Under the pieces are notes generated by a model, which saw only the letters and a list, made by a program, of their open reading frames with translations, made no database searches and was not told the DNA's origin. From Abditibacteriaceae bacterium (lineage in GTDB: Bacteria; Armatimonadota; Abditibacteriia; Abditibacteriales; Abditibacteriaceae), in NCBI GenBank assembly GCA_965277285.1, contig OZ255721.1, positions 320,001 through 384,000 of the forward strand: DNA of 64,000 nt, read 5' to 3'. The position numbers were made by a program, and so were the translations under genes. Numbering within the stretch: the stretch's first letter is position 1; the number at the start of each line of letters is the position of its first letter. This document shows positions 30,051-40,046 of the stretch, one piece after another.

Positions 30051-31625
30051 ATGAAAGTGTTGCTGATTAATCCGTCGTATCAGACGTGGACATCGAATGT
30101 GGGCGTGGGTCATCAGGTTCCGCTGGGTTTGCTGATGGTTGGCGGGCCGCTCTTGGATGCGGGTCACGAAGTGCGTTTGTTAGACGCCGAAGAAGGGCGC
30201 TTGTCGTTGCGCAAAGTTGAGCGCGAAGTGCGCCATTGGCAGCCCGACGTGGTGATGACGGGTCACGCCGGTTCAACGCCCGCGCACCCGATTTGTCTGC
30301 AAACGTTGCGCGCCGCCAAGCGTGGGCGCAGCGATGTCATCGGTGTTTATGGCGGCGTTTTTCCGACGTATCATGCGCGCGGTATTTTGCAGCAGGAAAG
30401 TGCGGTCGATGTGATTGTGCGCGGCGAAGGCGAAGCGACAACGCTGGAGTTGATGCAAACGCTGGCGGGAAATCGAGTACTCGATGATGTGGCGGGCCTC
30501 AGTTTTCGACGTGAAACGGAGATTGTGGAAACGCCGGATCGCGCGCCGATTCGACCTTTGGATGGGTTTCGCGTTGGCTGGGAATTGATCAAGAACTGGG
30601 ACAAATATCGGTGTTTCGGTTTGGGTCGCGCGGCGATTGTGCAATGGTCGCGTGGCTGTCCGCATCATTGCACTTATTGCGGGCAGTTCGGTTTTTGGGT
30701 GAATTGGCGTCACCGCGATGTCGTCCAAATGGCGGATGAAATCGAGTGGTTGCATCGCACACACCAGATTCGGTTTTTTACATTGGCCGATGAAAACCCG
30801 ACGACGCACCGCGAAACGTGGAAGCGTTTTCTGGAAGAGATCGCGTCGCGCGATTTGCCGATTCAGTTTTTTGCGACGATTCGCGCCACCGACATCGTAC
30901 GCGACGCCGAACTTTTGCCGTTGTATCGCAAAGCGGGAATCCAATACATTTTGATGGGCATTGAAACCACCGATGAAAGCGTCTTGCAGCAGATTCGCAA
31001 AGGCTCGACGACGCGCCACGATTTCCAGGCGTGCCAATTGTTGAAGCAGAACGGCATTTTTTCGGTGATCGGCCACGTCGTCGGTTTGGGCGAAGAAAGC
31101 TGGGCTGGTTTTCGACAAACGTTGCGGCAATTGAAGTTGTACGACGGCGATTATCTCAACGCGATGTATGTCACGCCGCACAGTTGGAGCCAGTTCGCGC
31201 AGGAAGTGGCGGAAGCGCCGGTCGTGCAAACCGATCAAAGCCTGTGGGATTATCGCCATCAGATTTTGGGTCAGGAAACCTTGAAACCGTGGCAGATTTT
31301 TCTGGGCGTCAAATGGCTGGAAGTGTGTTTCCATTTGCAGCCGCGCAAAATGTGGGCGATGCTGACGATGCGCGACCGTGATTTGCGCCGCCAGACGTTG
31401 TGGACATTGTTTCATACGGCGTTGGTGTGGTTTGGCGAAATCGGTGATTTCCTTTGCCGCACCTCATTCGCACGCCATCCACAAACCTTGCGCGAAACAG
31501 TTCTCCAGCAACAAGGCGCGCCGCGCGAATCCAAGCCGAAAGCGCGATCTACTTCATGGAAGATGAACCGCCAAGACGCTAAGAGCGCCAAGAAAAGAAC
31601 TGGTTTCGAGTACTCGAATGTTTGA
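30051..31625 (+). CDS. B12-binding radical SAM protein, BchE-like
   Basis: N-terminal cobalamin-binding domain (PLGL, GGVFPT, VRGEGE), SRGCPHHCTYCGQ cluster motif, ADEN. Confidence 0.85.
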   Translation: MKVLLINPSYQTWTSNVGVGHQVPLGLLMVGGPLLDAGHEVRLLDAEEGRLSLRKVEREVRHWQPDVVMTGHAGSTPAHPICLQTLRAAKRGRSDVIGVYGGVFPTYHARGILQQESAVDVIVRGEGEATTLELMQTLAGNRVLDDVAGLSFRRETEIVETPDRAPIRPLDGFRVGWELIKNWDKYRCFGLGRAAIVQWSRGCPHHCTYCGQFGFWVNWRHRDVVQMADEIEWLHRTHQIRFFTLADENPTTHRETWKRFLEEIASRDLPIQFFATIRATDIVRDAELLPLYRKAGIQYILMGIETTDESVLQQIRKGSTTRHDFQACQLLKQNGIFSVIGHVVGLGEESWAGFRQTLRQLKLYDGDYLNAMYVTPHSWSQFAQEVAEAPVVQTDQSLWDYRHQILGQETLKPWQIFLGVKWLEVCFHLQPRKMWAMLTMRDRDLRRQTLWTLFHTALVWFGEIGDFLCRTSFARHPQTLRETVLQQQGAPRESKPKARSTSWKMNRQDAKSAKKRTGFEYSNV

Positions 31626-31681
31626 TGAAGGCACATTCTTTGTGCAGATGCCGTCTATTCGTCGCTCATGTGGAAAGTTTT

Positions 31682-32638
31682 ATGAAGACAATTTGTTGGA
31701 CGGTGTTGCTGGCAATTATTTTGTGTGGCTCGGCTTGCGCTGAGGTCGTCGCGCCTCGATACGATTTGCGTGTGCGCTTGCAATCTGGTGAAGCGCATTT
31801 GGTGAATCACAGCGGCAAAATCGTGGGAACGATGGTTGTCAGTAGGCGCAAGATTGTATCATCGGTGAATGAAACCGCGAGTTACCAACTTCGAGTACTC
31901 GAAAGCCGCGAGAAGGGATCGAAAGTGCGTCTTACGTTTGGCGCTGACAACACAACTGGCACGCGGAGTGGTGTCACGATTTATGCACCGTTTTGGGCGG
32001 CCATCAAAGAGCCGACAAATCAAGCTTTCAATGGTGATGCCATTCGCGGTCAAAGTGCGGACGTGGAAATTGCTCCGAATGGCGATGTCGCTCCAGATTT
32101 TAGCGAGCCGTCGCTTTCTTTGTTGAAGAAGATTTATACAGCTAAGACATCCTTAGAAAAAGAAAGAGTGCGCCGCGAAATCGTAGCATTTGAAATAAAA
32201 CGTCAAATAATAGAAAAGTTTCGTTGGTTTATTGGCGTGCGCCCAACAAAGCCTGTCGCTATCGGCGAATCTTGGCGTGGAGCTATTCTTTTGCGCATAG
32301 GTTATTTGGAGCGGCGCGTCCCAGTTCTCTACAAGTTGGCAAAAACTGAAAATAACGTCGCTTTCGTCACGATGCGCGTCAACGAACGCCCCGAGAAAAT
32401 GGTCAGGGTTTCAATGCCGAAGAACATGCAAGACAATAGTTGGAATGTTCAAAGTGGCACGATGCAGATCGATCTAAAAAGCGGCTGGCCTTTGCGTGCG
32501 CAGAACAACGGACAAAGTTTTTCGCAACTGCAAACGGTCCAGAAGAAGGGCGCACATTCACAAACTTTACTGACAACCTACGGCAAAAGCCTTTCGCAAG
32601 TCGAGACAATGCCACTCGCATCTTTCCGAGCGCCGTAA
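31682..32638 (+). CDS. Secreted hypothetical protein (DUF6263-like)
   Basis: Signal peptide; PTKPVAIGESW and GTMQIDLKSGWP motifs. Confidence 0.6.
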   Translation: MKTICWTVLLAIILCGSACAEVVAPRYDLRVRLQSGEAHLVNHSGKIVGTMVVSRRKIVSSVNETASYQLRVLESREKGSKVRLTFGADNTTGTRSGVTIYAPFWAAIKEPTNQAFNGDAIRGQSADVEIAPNGDVAPDFSEPSLSLLKKIYTAKTSLEKERVRREIVAFEIKRQIIEKFRWFIGVRPTKPVAIGESWRGAILLRIGYLERRVPVLYKLAKTENNVAFVTMRVNERPEKMVRVSMPKNMQDNSWNVQSGTMQIDLKSGWPLRAQNNGQSFSQLQTVQKKGAHSQTLLTTYGKSLSQVETMPLASFRAP

Positions 32639-32690
32639 GGTGGGCTAAAATCGCTGCATCTACAAATCCAGTACTCGAAAGAAGGAAAAT

Positions 32691-33848
32691 ATGAGCGATT
32701 TTTCTCCGCGCCCCAGCGATAAGTTCACCTTTGGTCTTTGGACAGTTGGAAATCCGGGCCGCGATCCGTTTGGTGAACCGACGCGCGCCGTCGTGAATCC
32801 CAATGACAGCGTGCGCAAGCTGGCGAAAATCGGCGCTTATGGCGTCAACTTTCACGACGATGATCTGGTTCCATTTGGTTCATCGGCACAGGAACGCGAC
32901 CGCATCGTTAGCGAATTCAAGACGGCTTTGGCAGAAAGCGGAATGCGGGTGCCGATGGCGACGACGAACTTGTTTTCGCAGCCGATTTTCAAGGACGGCG
33001 CGTTCACGTCCAGCGACCCGAAAGTGCGCGCTTTTGCGACACAGAAAGTCATGCGCGCGATGGATTTGGGCGCCGAGTTCGGCGCGGAAACGTATGTTTT
33101 CTGGGGCGGGCGCGAAGGTTCGGAAGTCGATGGCGCGAAGAATCCACTCGATACTTTGAAGTGGTTCCGCGAATCGCTCAATTTTCTTAACGCATATCAA
33201 AAAGCGCAAGGCTACAATTACAAAATCGCGCTTGAAGCCAAGCCGAACGAGCCGCGCGGCGACATTTTTCTGGCGACAACCGGCAATATGCTGGGCTTTA
33301 TCGAGACTTTGGACGAGCCGCAAAACGTCGGTGTCAATCCCGAATTCGCGCACGAAACAATGGCCGGTTTGAACTTCACGCACCACGTCGCGCAGGCGAT
33401 TGATGCGGGAAAACTGTTCCACATCGACCTCAACGGACAAAAGCCCGGGCGCTTCGATCAGGATTTGCGCTTTGGCGCCGAAGACCTGAAAACCAACTTT
33501 TATTTAGTGAAACTGCTGGAAGATTCGGGTTATTCCAACCCGAAGCATTTCGATGCGCACGCTTTGCGCACCAGCGATGCCGAAGACGTTTACGAATTTG
33601 CCAAAGGTTGCATTCGCACTTACGGCATCTTCCGCGACAAGGTGGAGAAGTTCAACAACGATGCGGAAATTCAGGCGATTGTCAAAGAACTGAACAAGGA
33701 CACGCAAAGTTTGGTTGGCCAGTTCTCGAAAGAAAGCGCCGATAAATTGAAGTCGCAGGAATTTGATGTGACTGCGTTGACGAATCGCTCTTTGCCGTAT
33801 GAAAAACTGGATCAACTCGTAGTCGAACTGTTGATGGGCGTGCGCTGA
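32691..33848 (+). CDS. xylA: Xylose isomerase (class I)
   Basis: [55 protein letters not shown]. Confidence 0.95.
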   Translation: MSDFSPRPSDKFTFGLWTVGNPGRDPFGEPTRAVVNPNDSVRKLAKIGAYGVNFHDDDLVPFGSSAQERDRIVSEFKTALAESGMRVPMATTNLFSQPIFKDGAFTSSDPKVRAFATQKVMRAMDLGAEFGAETYVFWGGREGSEVDGAKNPLDTLKWFRESLNFLNAYQKAQGYNYKIALEAKPNEPRGDIFLATTGNMLGFIETLDEPQNVGVNPEFAHETMAGLNFTHHVAQAIDAGKLFHIDLNGQKPGRFDQDLRFGAEDLKTNFYLVKLLEDSGYSNPKHFDAHALRTSDAEDVYEFAKGCIRTYGIFRDKVEKFNNDAEIQAIVKELNKDTQSLVGQFSKESADKLKSQEFDVTALTNRSLPYEKLDQLVVELLMGVR

Positions 33849-33856
33849 ATTTACTG

Positions 33857-33946
33857 CAAAGAACCCCAAGCGTAAGCGACGGGTGGAACTTGGGAGCCAC
33901 ATCAAACTCCCAAGTTCCACCCGTCGCTTACGCTTGGGGTTCTTTG
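33857..33946. repeat. Intergenic inverted repeat, family B (40-bp perfect arms)
   Basis: CAAAGAACCCCAAGCGTAAGCGACGGGTGGAACTTGGGAG and exact reverse complement. Confidence 0.9.
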
Positions 33947-33978
33947 TTTCTAGGTTCGTTATGATGTATCGAACTTGA

Positions 33979-34959
33979 TTAAGCGCCAAGAAACCAATTG
34001 GGAAACGCTTCGCGGTTTTGTCGCCATTCTTCGGGAATCGCTGCTTCGCCGGTGTAGCAGGCAACGATGCCGCCGACCATCGCGCAAGTCGTATCGCGGT
34101 CGCCCAAACCGGCGACGGTCAGCCACAGCGCTTCGTCGAAATGATCGAGTTCGTGCGCCGCGCACCACAGCACAAAAGGAACAGTGTCTTGCGCCGAGAT
34201 TTCAAAACCGCTGCCTAAAACATCCGCCGCTTCTTCAACAGTTGCGTCATCGACCATGCCGCGCGCGAACCTGATTCCGTCGCGCACGGCGCTTTCCGGG
34301 ACGCTTTCGAGTACTCGATTGAGATATTCGCGCCCATCGAATTCGTCGTCATCTTTCAAGCGCCACGCCCACGCCGCACCGACCGCGACGGCAATCGCGC
34401 CCGCAATCGCTTCGGGATGCGAATGTGTGATATAAGCCGAGCAGCGCGCGTTTTCGACAACGGCGTCCATATCGTCGGCGAAATAAGCGCCAACCGGAGC
34501 CACGCGCATCGCCGCACCATTGCCCCAACTTCCCTGACCGTTGAACAAACCTTGCGCGAGCGCGCCCCAATCTTCGCCATCCGCCATTTTGGGAAGAATC
34601 TCGCCCATCGCCGCGCCATATTTGCGCGCCATGTCATAGTGGCGACCGAAACTAAGCGCCAGTTCATCGGGAAGAATTTCGTCGTGCTGGCGCAACGTTT
34701 CGACAACAGAAAACGCCATGTTGCTGTCGTCCGTCCATTTCCAAGGCGGACGGCTCAGCGTGCGTCGCAGCGCGATAAAGCGCGCCATCACTTCGTCGTC
34801 AGTGAAATCGTAAGGCGGCCCGGCCACTTCGCCGGAATTAATCAGGCTGCGGATGATGTCCCAGTTCATAAAAAAGCCTTCGCCAAACGCATCACCGACG
34901 CAAAGCCCTTGCAAACTCGTCATCGCCCGCACCAAACGCTCTTCTCGAGTACTCGACAT
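33979..34959 (-). CDS. ADP-ribosylglycohydrolase family protein
   Basis: GLCVGDAFG, WTDDS, GNGAAMRVAP, GDRDTT; GGAGG RBS. Confidence 0.92.
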   Translation of the reverse strand: MSSTREERLVRAMTSLQGLCVGDAFGEGFFMNWDIIRSLINSGEVAGPPYDFTDDEVMARFIALRRTLSRPPWKWTDDSNMAFSVVETLRQHDEILPDELALSFGRHYDMARKYGAAMGEILPKMADGEDWGALAQGLFNGQGSWGNGAAMRVAPVGAYFADDMDAVVENARCSAYITHSHPEAIAGAIAVAVGAAWAWRLKDDDEFDGREYLNRVLESVPESAVRDGIRFARGMVDDATVEEAADVLGSGFEISAQDTVPFVLWCAAHELDHFDEALWLTVAGLGDRDTTCAMVGGIVACYTGEAAIPEEWRQNREAFPNWFLGA

Positions 34960-34970
34960 TTCGCCTCCAA

Positions 34971-35066
34971 AAATAAACCTCAGATGAACACGGATGAACA
35001 CAGATAAGGATAGAAGCAAAGGATTCGAGCACTTGATTACTATCTGTGTTCATCTGTGGTTTATTT
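34971..35066. repeat. Inverted repeat of ACAC(A/G)GATGA units, family E
   Basis: AAATAAACCTCAGATGAACACGGATGAACACAGAT / ATCTGTGTTCATCTGTGGTTTATTT. Confidence 0.8.
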
Positions 35067-36167
35067 CTCGCTGTAACCCAAACGTTGAATCCACATTTCG
35101 TTGTCGCGCCACTTGTCGCGCACTTTGACGCGCAGTTCGAGATAAACCGAACGTCCGAGCAACGTCTCGATTTCCTTGCGCGCGGCTTGTCCGATTTCTT
35201 TGATTTTCGTGCCGCCCGCACCGACGACGATGCGTTTTTGACTTTCGCGCTCGACGTGAATAAAGGCTTCGATGAACAGCGTGCCGTTTTTGCGCGGCTC
35301 CATCATCTCGACGCCGACCGCGACGGCGTGCGGAATTTCTTCGCGCAACTGCAACATCGCCTGCTCGCGCACCAGTTCTTCGATGTGAAATTCCGGCGGA
35401 CGGTCGCCTGTCATATCGGCGGGGAAATATGGTTGGCCTTCGGGCAAGCGCCGGATAATCTCGGCTTTCAACATTTCCAATCCGGTTTTTTCCTGAGCGG
35501 AAATCAAAAACGTCGCCGCGAACGGATGCAGCGCCCCAAACTCCTCGGTTCGAGTACTCAATTCGTCGGCGACATCGCACTTATTTAAGGCCAAAATCAC
35601 CGGCACTTTGATGTTTTGCAACAGAGCGGCGGCGCGATGATCGTCGGCGTGCGGACGGTCGGTCGCGTCCGCTACAAACACCACGCATTCGATGTCGCCC
35701 AGCGCGCTCTTGGCGTTTTTTACCAGAGCTTCGCCCAACTTGTGCTGTGGTTCGTGAATGCCCGGCGTGTCCAGAAAAACGATCTGATATTCGCCGGCCA
35801 AAACCTCGAGTTCGATGTGTGCCGTACGAATCGCTTCATCATCGGGCGCGTCTTTTTTGCCTTTGAGCTCGTCCCAATCGGCGATCACATCGCGCGGCGA
35901 AGTGGCCGCCAAATCGTTCATCAAAGCGCGGTCAAAATCATTCAAAGTCGGTTCGTCTTCAGTGACAAAGGTTTTATCTTCGCCGCCTTCGATTTCTTCA
36001 GGCTCGCTTTCGTCCAGGTTGAAGTGGCTCAAAACGCCCGCGATGCGATGTCGCGTGGTTTGCGGTCGCGGCGAAACAATGACGTGTTTGCGTCCCAGTA
36101 ACGCGTTCAATAAAGTGCTTTTTCCGACATTGGGGCGTCCCCAGAGAACGCAAAATCCAGATTTCAT
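35061..36167 (-). CDS. era: GTPase Era
   Basis: GRPNVGKST, QTTR, DTPG, NKCD, EEIPH, KH-domain SQKRIVVGAGG. Confidence 0.95.
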   Translation of the reverse strand: MKSGFCVLWGRPNVGKSTLLNALLGRKHVIVSPRPQTTRHRIAGVLSHFNLDESEPEEIEGGEDKTFVTEDEPTLNDFDRALMNDLAATSPRDVIADWDELKGKKDAPDDEAIRTAHIELEVLAGEYQIVFLDTPGIHEPQHKLGEALVKNAKSALGDIECVVFVADATDRPHADDHRAAALLQNIKVPVILALNKCDVADELSTRTEEFGALHPFAATFLISAQEKTGLEMLKAEIIRRLPEGQPYFPADMTGDRPPEFHIEELVREQAMLQLREEIPHAVAVGVEMMEPRKNGTLFIEAFIHVERESQKRIVVGAGGTKIKEIGQAARKEIETLLGRSVYLELRVKVRDKWRDNEMWIQRLGYSEK

Positions 36168-36177
36168 AATTGTTATT

Positions 36178-36278
36178 GTTACGCTAATTTCGTTCGCAAA
36201 AACAGCGCAACTTTGTCGCTACTTTTAAAATAAGTGGCGTTTATCCGCGCCGTTTTTGCGAACGCAAGTTAGCGTAAC
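36178..36278. repeat. MITE-like ~100-bp element, family F
   Basis: Termini GTTACGCTAA..TTCGCAAAAAC / GTTTTTGCGAA..TTAGCGTAAC; inverted homolog at 38572-38675. Confidence 0.8.
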
Positions 36279-36280
36279 TA

Positions 36281-37090
36281 TTAAGCAGCGCGGCGAGCGC
36301 GTTTCGGGTCGGCGACGGGAATGGCCGCCAACAGTTCTTTGGTGTAATCCTGTTGCGGATGGTTGAAAATCTGCGCGCTGTCGCCGCTTTCGACGATTTT
36401 GCCGCTTTGCATCACGGTGATGCGGTCGCACAAAACGCGCACAACTGCCAGATCGTGCGAGATAAATAACATCGTCAGGTTTAGGCGCTTTTGCAAATCC
36501 AATAACAAGTTGACGATTTCGGCTTGAGTTGAAACATCCAACGCGGAAACCGGTTCGTCCGCGACGATAAATTTCGGTTCGACGGCCAGAGCGCGCGCGA
36601 TACCGATGCGCTGGCGTTGTCCACCGGAAAATTCGTGCGGATAGCGACCTTGAATGTCGCGCGGCATTTGCACCAATTCGAGTACTCGACTGACTTCGTT
36701 GTCGCGCTCGCGGCGGCTGGAAATGCCGCGCAACTGCAACGCTTCGCCGATGATTTGCCCGACCGTCATGCGCGGATTGAAAGCGCCATACGGGTCTTGA
36801 AAAACGATCTGCATTTCGCGCCGCAAGTCGCGCATCGCGTTTTTTCTCAGGTCGAAAACGTTTCGGTCGCGCACTAAAACGCGCCCACTCGTCGGCTCAA
36901 TCAAGCGCAAAATTAAGCGTCCGGTTGTCGATTTGCCAGAACCGCTTTCGCCGACTAACCCCAATACTTCGCCTTCGTTAATGTGAAACGAAACGTCATC
37001 GACGGCTTTGACGACGGAACCTTTGTCGCCCCACATTCCGCTTTGCTTGGAGAAATGTTTGACCAGATTATCGACTTGAATATAGCTCAT
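36281..37090 (-). CDS. oppF: Oligopeptide ABC transporter ATP-binding subunit (OppF-like)
   Basis: [30 protein letters not shown]. Confidence 0.88.
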   Translation of the reverse strand: MSYIQVDNLVKHFSKQSGMWGDKGSVVKAVDDVSFHINEGEVLGLVGESGSGKSTTGRLILRLIEPTSGRVLVRDRNVFDLRKNAMRDLRREMQIVFQDPYGAFNPRMTVGQIIGEALQLRGISSRRERDNEVSRVLELVQMPRDIQGRYPHEFSGGQRQRIGIARALAVEPKFIVADEPVSALDVSTQAEIVNLLLDLQKRLNLTMLFISHDLAVVRVLCDRITVMQSGKIVESGDSAQIFNHPQQDYTKELLAAIPVADPKRARRAA

Positions 37091-37103
37091 GGTTGGATGG
37101 TTT

Positions 37104-37242
37104 AAATAGGACACGGAACTTCGTTACACGGGTTGAACGGGTTTTCACGGATCAGAAAAGAAAATGTCGAGTACTCGATTCCCAATCTACGAAATCCGTG
37201 TTTATCTGTTTAATCCGTGTAACGAAGTTCCGTGTCCTATTT
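37104..37242. repeat. Long inverted repeat (family E related) downstream of the GxxExxY gene
   Basis: 28-bp perfect arms AAATAGGACACGGAACTTCGTTACACGG; ACGGAT/ATCCGT units; TCGAGTACTCGA in the loop. Confidence 0.9.
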
Positions 37243-37614
37243 CTGCTGTTTTACATCGTAGATTCTTCGTTTAACTTGTGGTTTCGGGCCAAAGTTAAGC
37301 AAGAGGCCGACTTCCAAGTTCGTCGAACGCAGGTAATTGAGAAGTTGCGCTTCGTGCTTTTCTCCCAAACCCTCGACCGCTTTGATTTCAACAATAACAA
37401 GTTCGTTGACCAAGATGTCCGCGAAATAGTCGCCGACTTTCTTTTCTCGATAAAACACTTCAATGGGCGCTTGCTGCCGAACCACTAAACCCAAATGCAC
37501 GAGTTCGTAAGCTAACGCTTCCTCGTAAACCTTCTCCAAAAATCCATAACCCAACGTATTATAAACAAGGTAGAACGCCGCAATGATTTGCCGCGTGGTT
37601 TCCTGATATTTCAT
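37237..37614 (-). CDS. GxxExxY protein (PD-(D/E)XK nuclease-like)
   Basis: LGYGFLEKVYEEAL, ADILVNELVIVEIKA, HEAQLLNYL, GLLLNFG. Confidence 0.92.
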   Translation of the reverse strand: MKYQETTRQIIAAFYLVYNTLGYGFLEKVYEEALAYELVHLGLVVRQQAPIEVFYREKKVGDYFADILVNELVIVEIKAVEGLGEKHEAQLLNYLRSTNLEVGLLLNFGPKPQVKRRIYDVKQQK

Positions 37615-37660
37615 CCGTGAAAATCCGTTCAATCCGTGTATGAAATCCGTGTTTTAATCT

Positions 37661-38560
37661 TTAAGAAGCAACCCGCGCCCAGTGATTCGGCGAGATTTGC
37701 ACCAGCGGCAAGGCGCTTTCTTCGGCTGTTGGAAACCAATCCAATGTCGGCAAAAGCTGTTTCGGTGCGGAATCGAGCGTCGGCAAAGAACGCAAAAGTC
37801 CCTGTGTATAAGGATGTTTCGGGCTGGCAAAAATCGTTTCGACATCTGCCGTTTCGACGATCTTGCCGCGATGCATTACGACCACGCGGTCGCACATTTC
37901 GGCGACCAAACCCATGTTGTGCGTGATCAGCAAAATCGCCATGTCGCGTTCCTGACGCAGCTTTTTCATCAAATCGAGTACTCGCGCCTGCACCGTCACA
38001 TCCAAAGCCGTCGTCGGTTCGTCGGCGATCAGCAAATCGGGATTGCAACTGAGAGCAATCGCAATCATCACGCGCTGCCGCATTCCGCCGGAAAGCTGAT
38101 GTGGATACGCATCGACGCGACTTTCCGGCTCGTTGATACCGACATCGCGCAAGGCTTCAATTGCTCGAGCGCGCGCCGCTCTTCCGTGCAGATTTTGGTG
38201 CAACCCCAGCGCTTCTTCGATGTGATTGCCGACGGTATAAAGCGGGTCAAGGCTCGTCATCGGCTCCTGGAAAATCATTGCAATGTCGTCGCCGCGAATC
38301 TTGCGCATTTGCGAATCGGAAAGTTTCAGCAAATCTTTGCCTTTCCACAACACTTCGCCTCCAATGATTTTTCCTGGCTTGGAAACCAGTCGCAGCACGC
38401 TCAAACTCGCCACGCTTTTGCCGCTCCCGCTTTCGCCGACGATGCCCAGCGTTTCCTTGCGACCAACCGAAAACGACACATCATCCACCGCGTTGATGAC
38501 TCCGTCGTCGGTGTAGAATCGAGTACTCAAATTGCGTACGTCAAGAAGAAGTTCACTCAT
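37661..38560 (-). CDS. oppD: Oligopeptide ABC transporter ATP-binding subunit (OppD-like)
   Basis: [38 protein letters not shown]. Confidence 0.9.
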   Translation of the reverse strand: MSELLLDVRNLSTRFYTDDGVINAVDDVSFSVGRKETLGIVGESGSGKSVASLSVLRLVSKPGKIIGGEVLWKGKDLLKLSDSQMRKIRGDDIAMIFQEPMTSLDPLYTVGNHIEEALGLHQNLHGRAARARAIEALRDVGINEPESRVDAYPHQLSGGMRQRVMIAIALSCNPDLLIADEPTTALDVTVQARVLDLMKKLRQERDMAILLITHNMGLVAEMCDRVVVMHRGKIVETADVETIFASPKHPYTQGLLRSLPTLDSAPKQLLPTLDWFPTAEESALPLVQISPNHWARVAS

Positions 38561-38571
38561 AATTTTCGATT

Positions 38572-38675
38572 GTTACGCAAAGCTACGCTTCGCAAAAACG
38601 GCGCAAATAAGCGCTATTCCTTTTTGAAAAATCGCGTTCAAGTCGTGCCGTTTTTGCGAACGAAGTTAGCGTAAC
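38572..38675. repeat. MITE-like ~100-bp element, family F
   Basis: Inverted homolog of 36178-36278. Confidence 0.8.
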
Positions 38676-40009
38676 TATCCCAGTTTGCGCGATTTCGGAT
38701 CGAGCGCGTCTCTTAAACCATCGCCCAAAAAGTTGAACGCCAAAGTCGTGATGAAAATCAGGACGCCGGGCGCCAAAATCCAAGGGCGTGATTCCAGCGT
38801 CGTGAGGTTTTGCGCCGCCGTCAACATATTGCCCCAACTCGCCATCGGGTCGCGGATGCCCAAACCTAAAAACGACAAACCCGCTTCGCTCAAGATGTAA
38901 CCTGGCACCGCCATTGTTGCGGCGATAATCGCATAAGTGAACGTTGACGGCAAAATATGGCGCACGATAATGCGCATATCGCTCATGCCCAAAGCGCGTC
39001 CGGCTTCGACGTATTCGCGTTCGCGCACGCTCAAAACCATGCCTCTGACGATGCGCGCCATGCCCGCCCAACCGATGAAACTCAAGATCACGATAATCAG
39101 CAGATAAACCGTCGTCGGCGGAAGGGTAATCGGCAACGCGGCGGCCAGTGCGAGCAACAAGTAAAAGTCGGGAATGCTCATGATGATTTCGCACACGCGC
39201 ATAATCAAATCATCAACAAGGCCGCCATAAAAGCCGCTAATGCCGCCGACCAACATTCCCAACGAAAACGTAATCGCAATGGCGACGAGGCCAATCGAAA
39301 GCGAAATCTGCGAACCATAGAGCAGACGCGAAAGATAATCGCGCCCAAACTCATCGGTTCCCAGCAGAAAAATCGCGCCGCCTTTGGGGACGCCGAACAA
39401 ATGAGTACTCGATGGAATGACGCCAAGTAATTTATATTCCGAGCCTTGAACGAAAAAAGAAACCGGATATTTTTGGCTGGTATCCATCGGATAAACGATG
39501 TCGCGCAAGGGCGTAAATTGCTGCGCCGTGCCATACACAAATGGCCGCAGATGAAACTTTCCCGTATCGGCTTCACGGAAACGCACGCGCATCGGCGGCT
39601 GAAAGGTCGCGCTGGCGCGGCTGCCTGGAAGCTGATCCTGCGGGTCATAGGGCGCGATGAAAGGCGCTAAAATCGCCGTCAAGTACAGCAAAATCAAGGT
39701 CACGCCGCCGATCACAGCGAAGCGGTTTTTGCGCAGTTCGCGCCACGTCAGTTGCGCCGGAGAAAGCGAGACCTGACTCAGTCCGCGTGCTGCGCGTCCG
39801 GTCAAAATTTGTCGCTCGGCACGTTTGTCGCCAAGGGTTTGGCTGCCAACGTCCGCAGTTCCAGAGCCCACGAGATCGGGCGCGGGTGAAATCGCCGAAA
39901 CGTGGCCGTCGCCGGTGGAAATCGGCAGCGGAGTTTGCGCAGGCGGTTCGATGGACGCGCCAGGCGACGATTGGAGATCGCGGTTGGGATTATCGTGGAG
40001 ATTGGCCAT
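38675..40009 (-). CDS. oppC: Oligopeptide ABC transporter permease (OppC-like)
   Basis: LGTDEFGRD, YVEAGRALG, EAGLSFLGLG, GDGLRDALDP. Confidence 0.9.
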   Translation of the reverse strand: MANLHDNPNRDLQSSPGASIEPPAQTPLPISTGDGHVSAISPAPDLVGSGTADVGSQTLGDKRAERQILTGRAARGLSQVSLSPAQLTWRELRKNRFAVIGGVTLILLYLTAILAPFIAPYDPQDQLPGSRASATFQPPMRVRFREADTGKFHLRPFVYGTAQQFTPLRDIVYPMDTSQKYPVSFFVQGSEYKLLGVIPSSTHLFGVPKGGAIFLLGTDEFGRDYLSRLLYGSQISLSIGLVAIAITFSLGMLVGGISGFYGGLVDDLIMRVCEIIMSIPDFYLLLALAAALPITLPPTTVYLLIIVILSFIGWAGMARIVRGMVLSVREREYVEAGRALGMSDMRIIVRHILPSTFTYAIIAATMAVPGYILSEAGLSFLGLGIRDPMASWGNMLTAAQNLTTLESRPWILAPGVLIFITTLAFNFLGDGLRDALDPKSRKLG

Positions 40010-40046
40010 CGTGAATTGAAATCGAGTACTCGAACAAAGCGAAAAA

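Noticed and set aside
30273..31415. 380-aa minus-strand ORF
   Set aside because: Antisense shadow of the radical SAM gene
30051..31625. Evidence of phototrophy from the bchE-like gene
   Set aside because: Isolated gene; BchE-like radical SAM proteins occur in non-phototrophs
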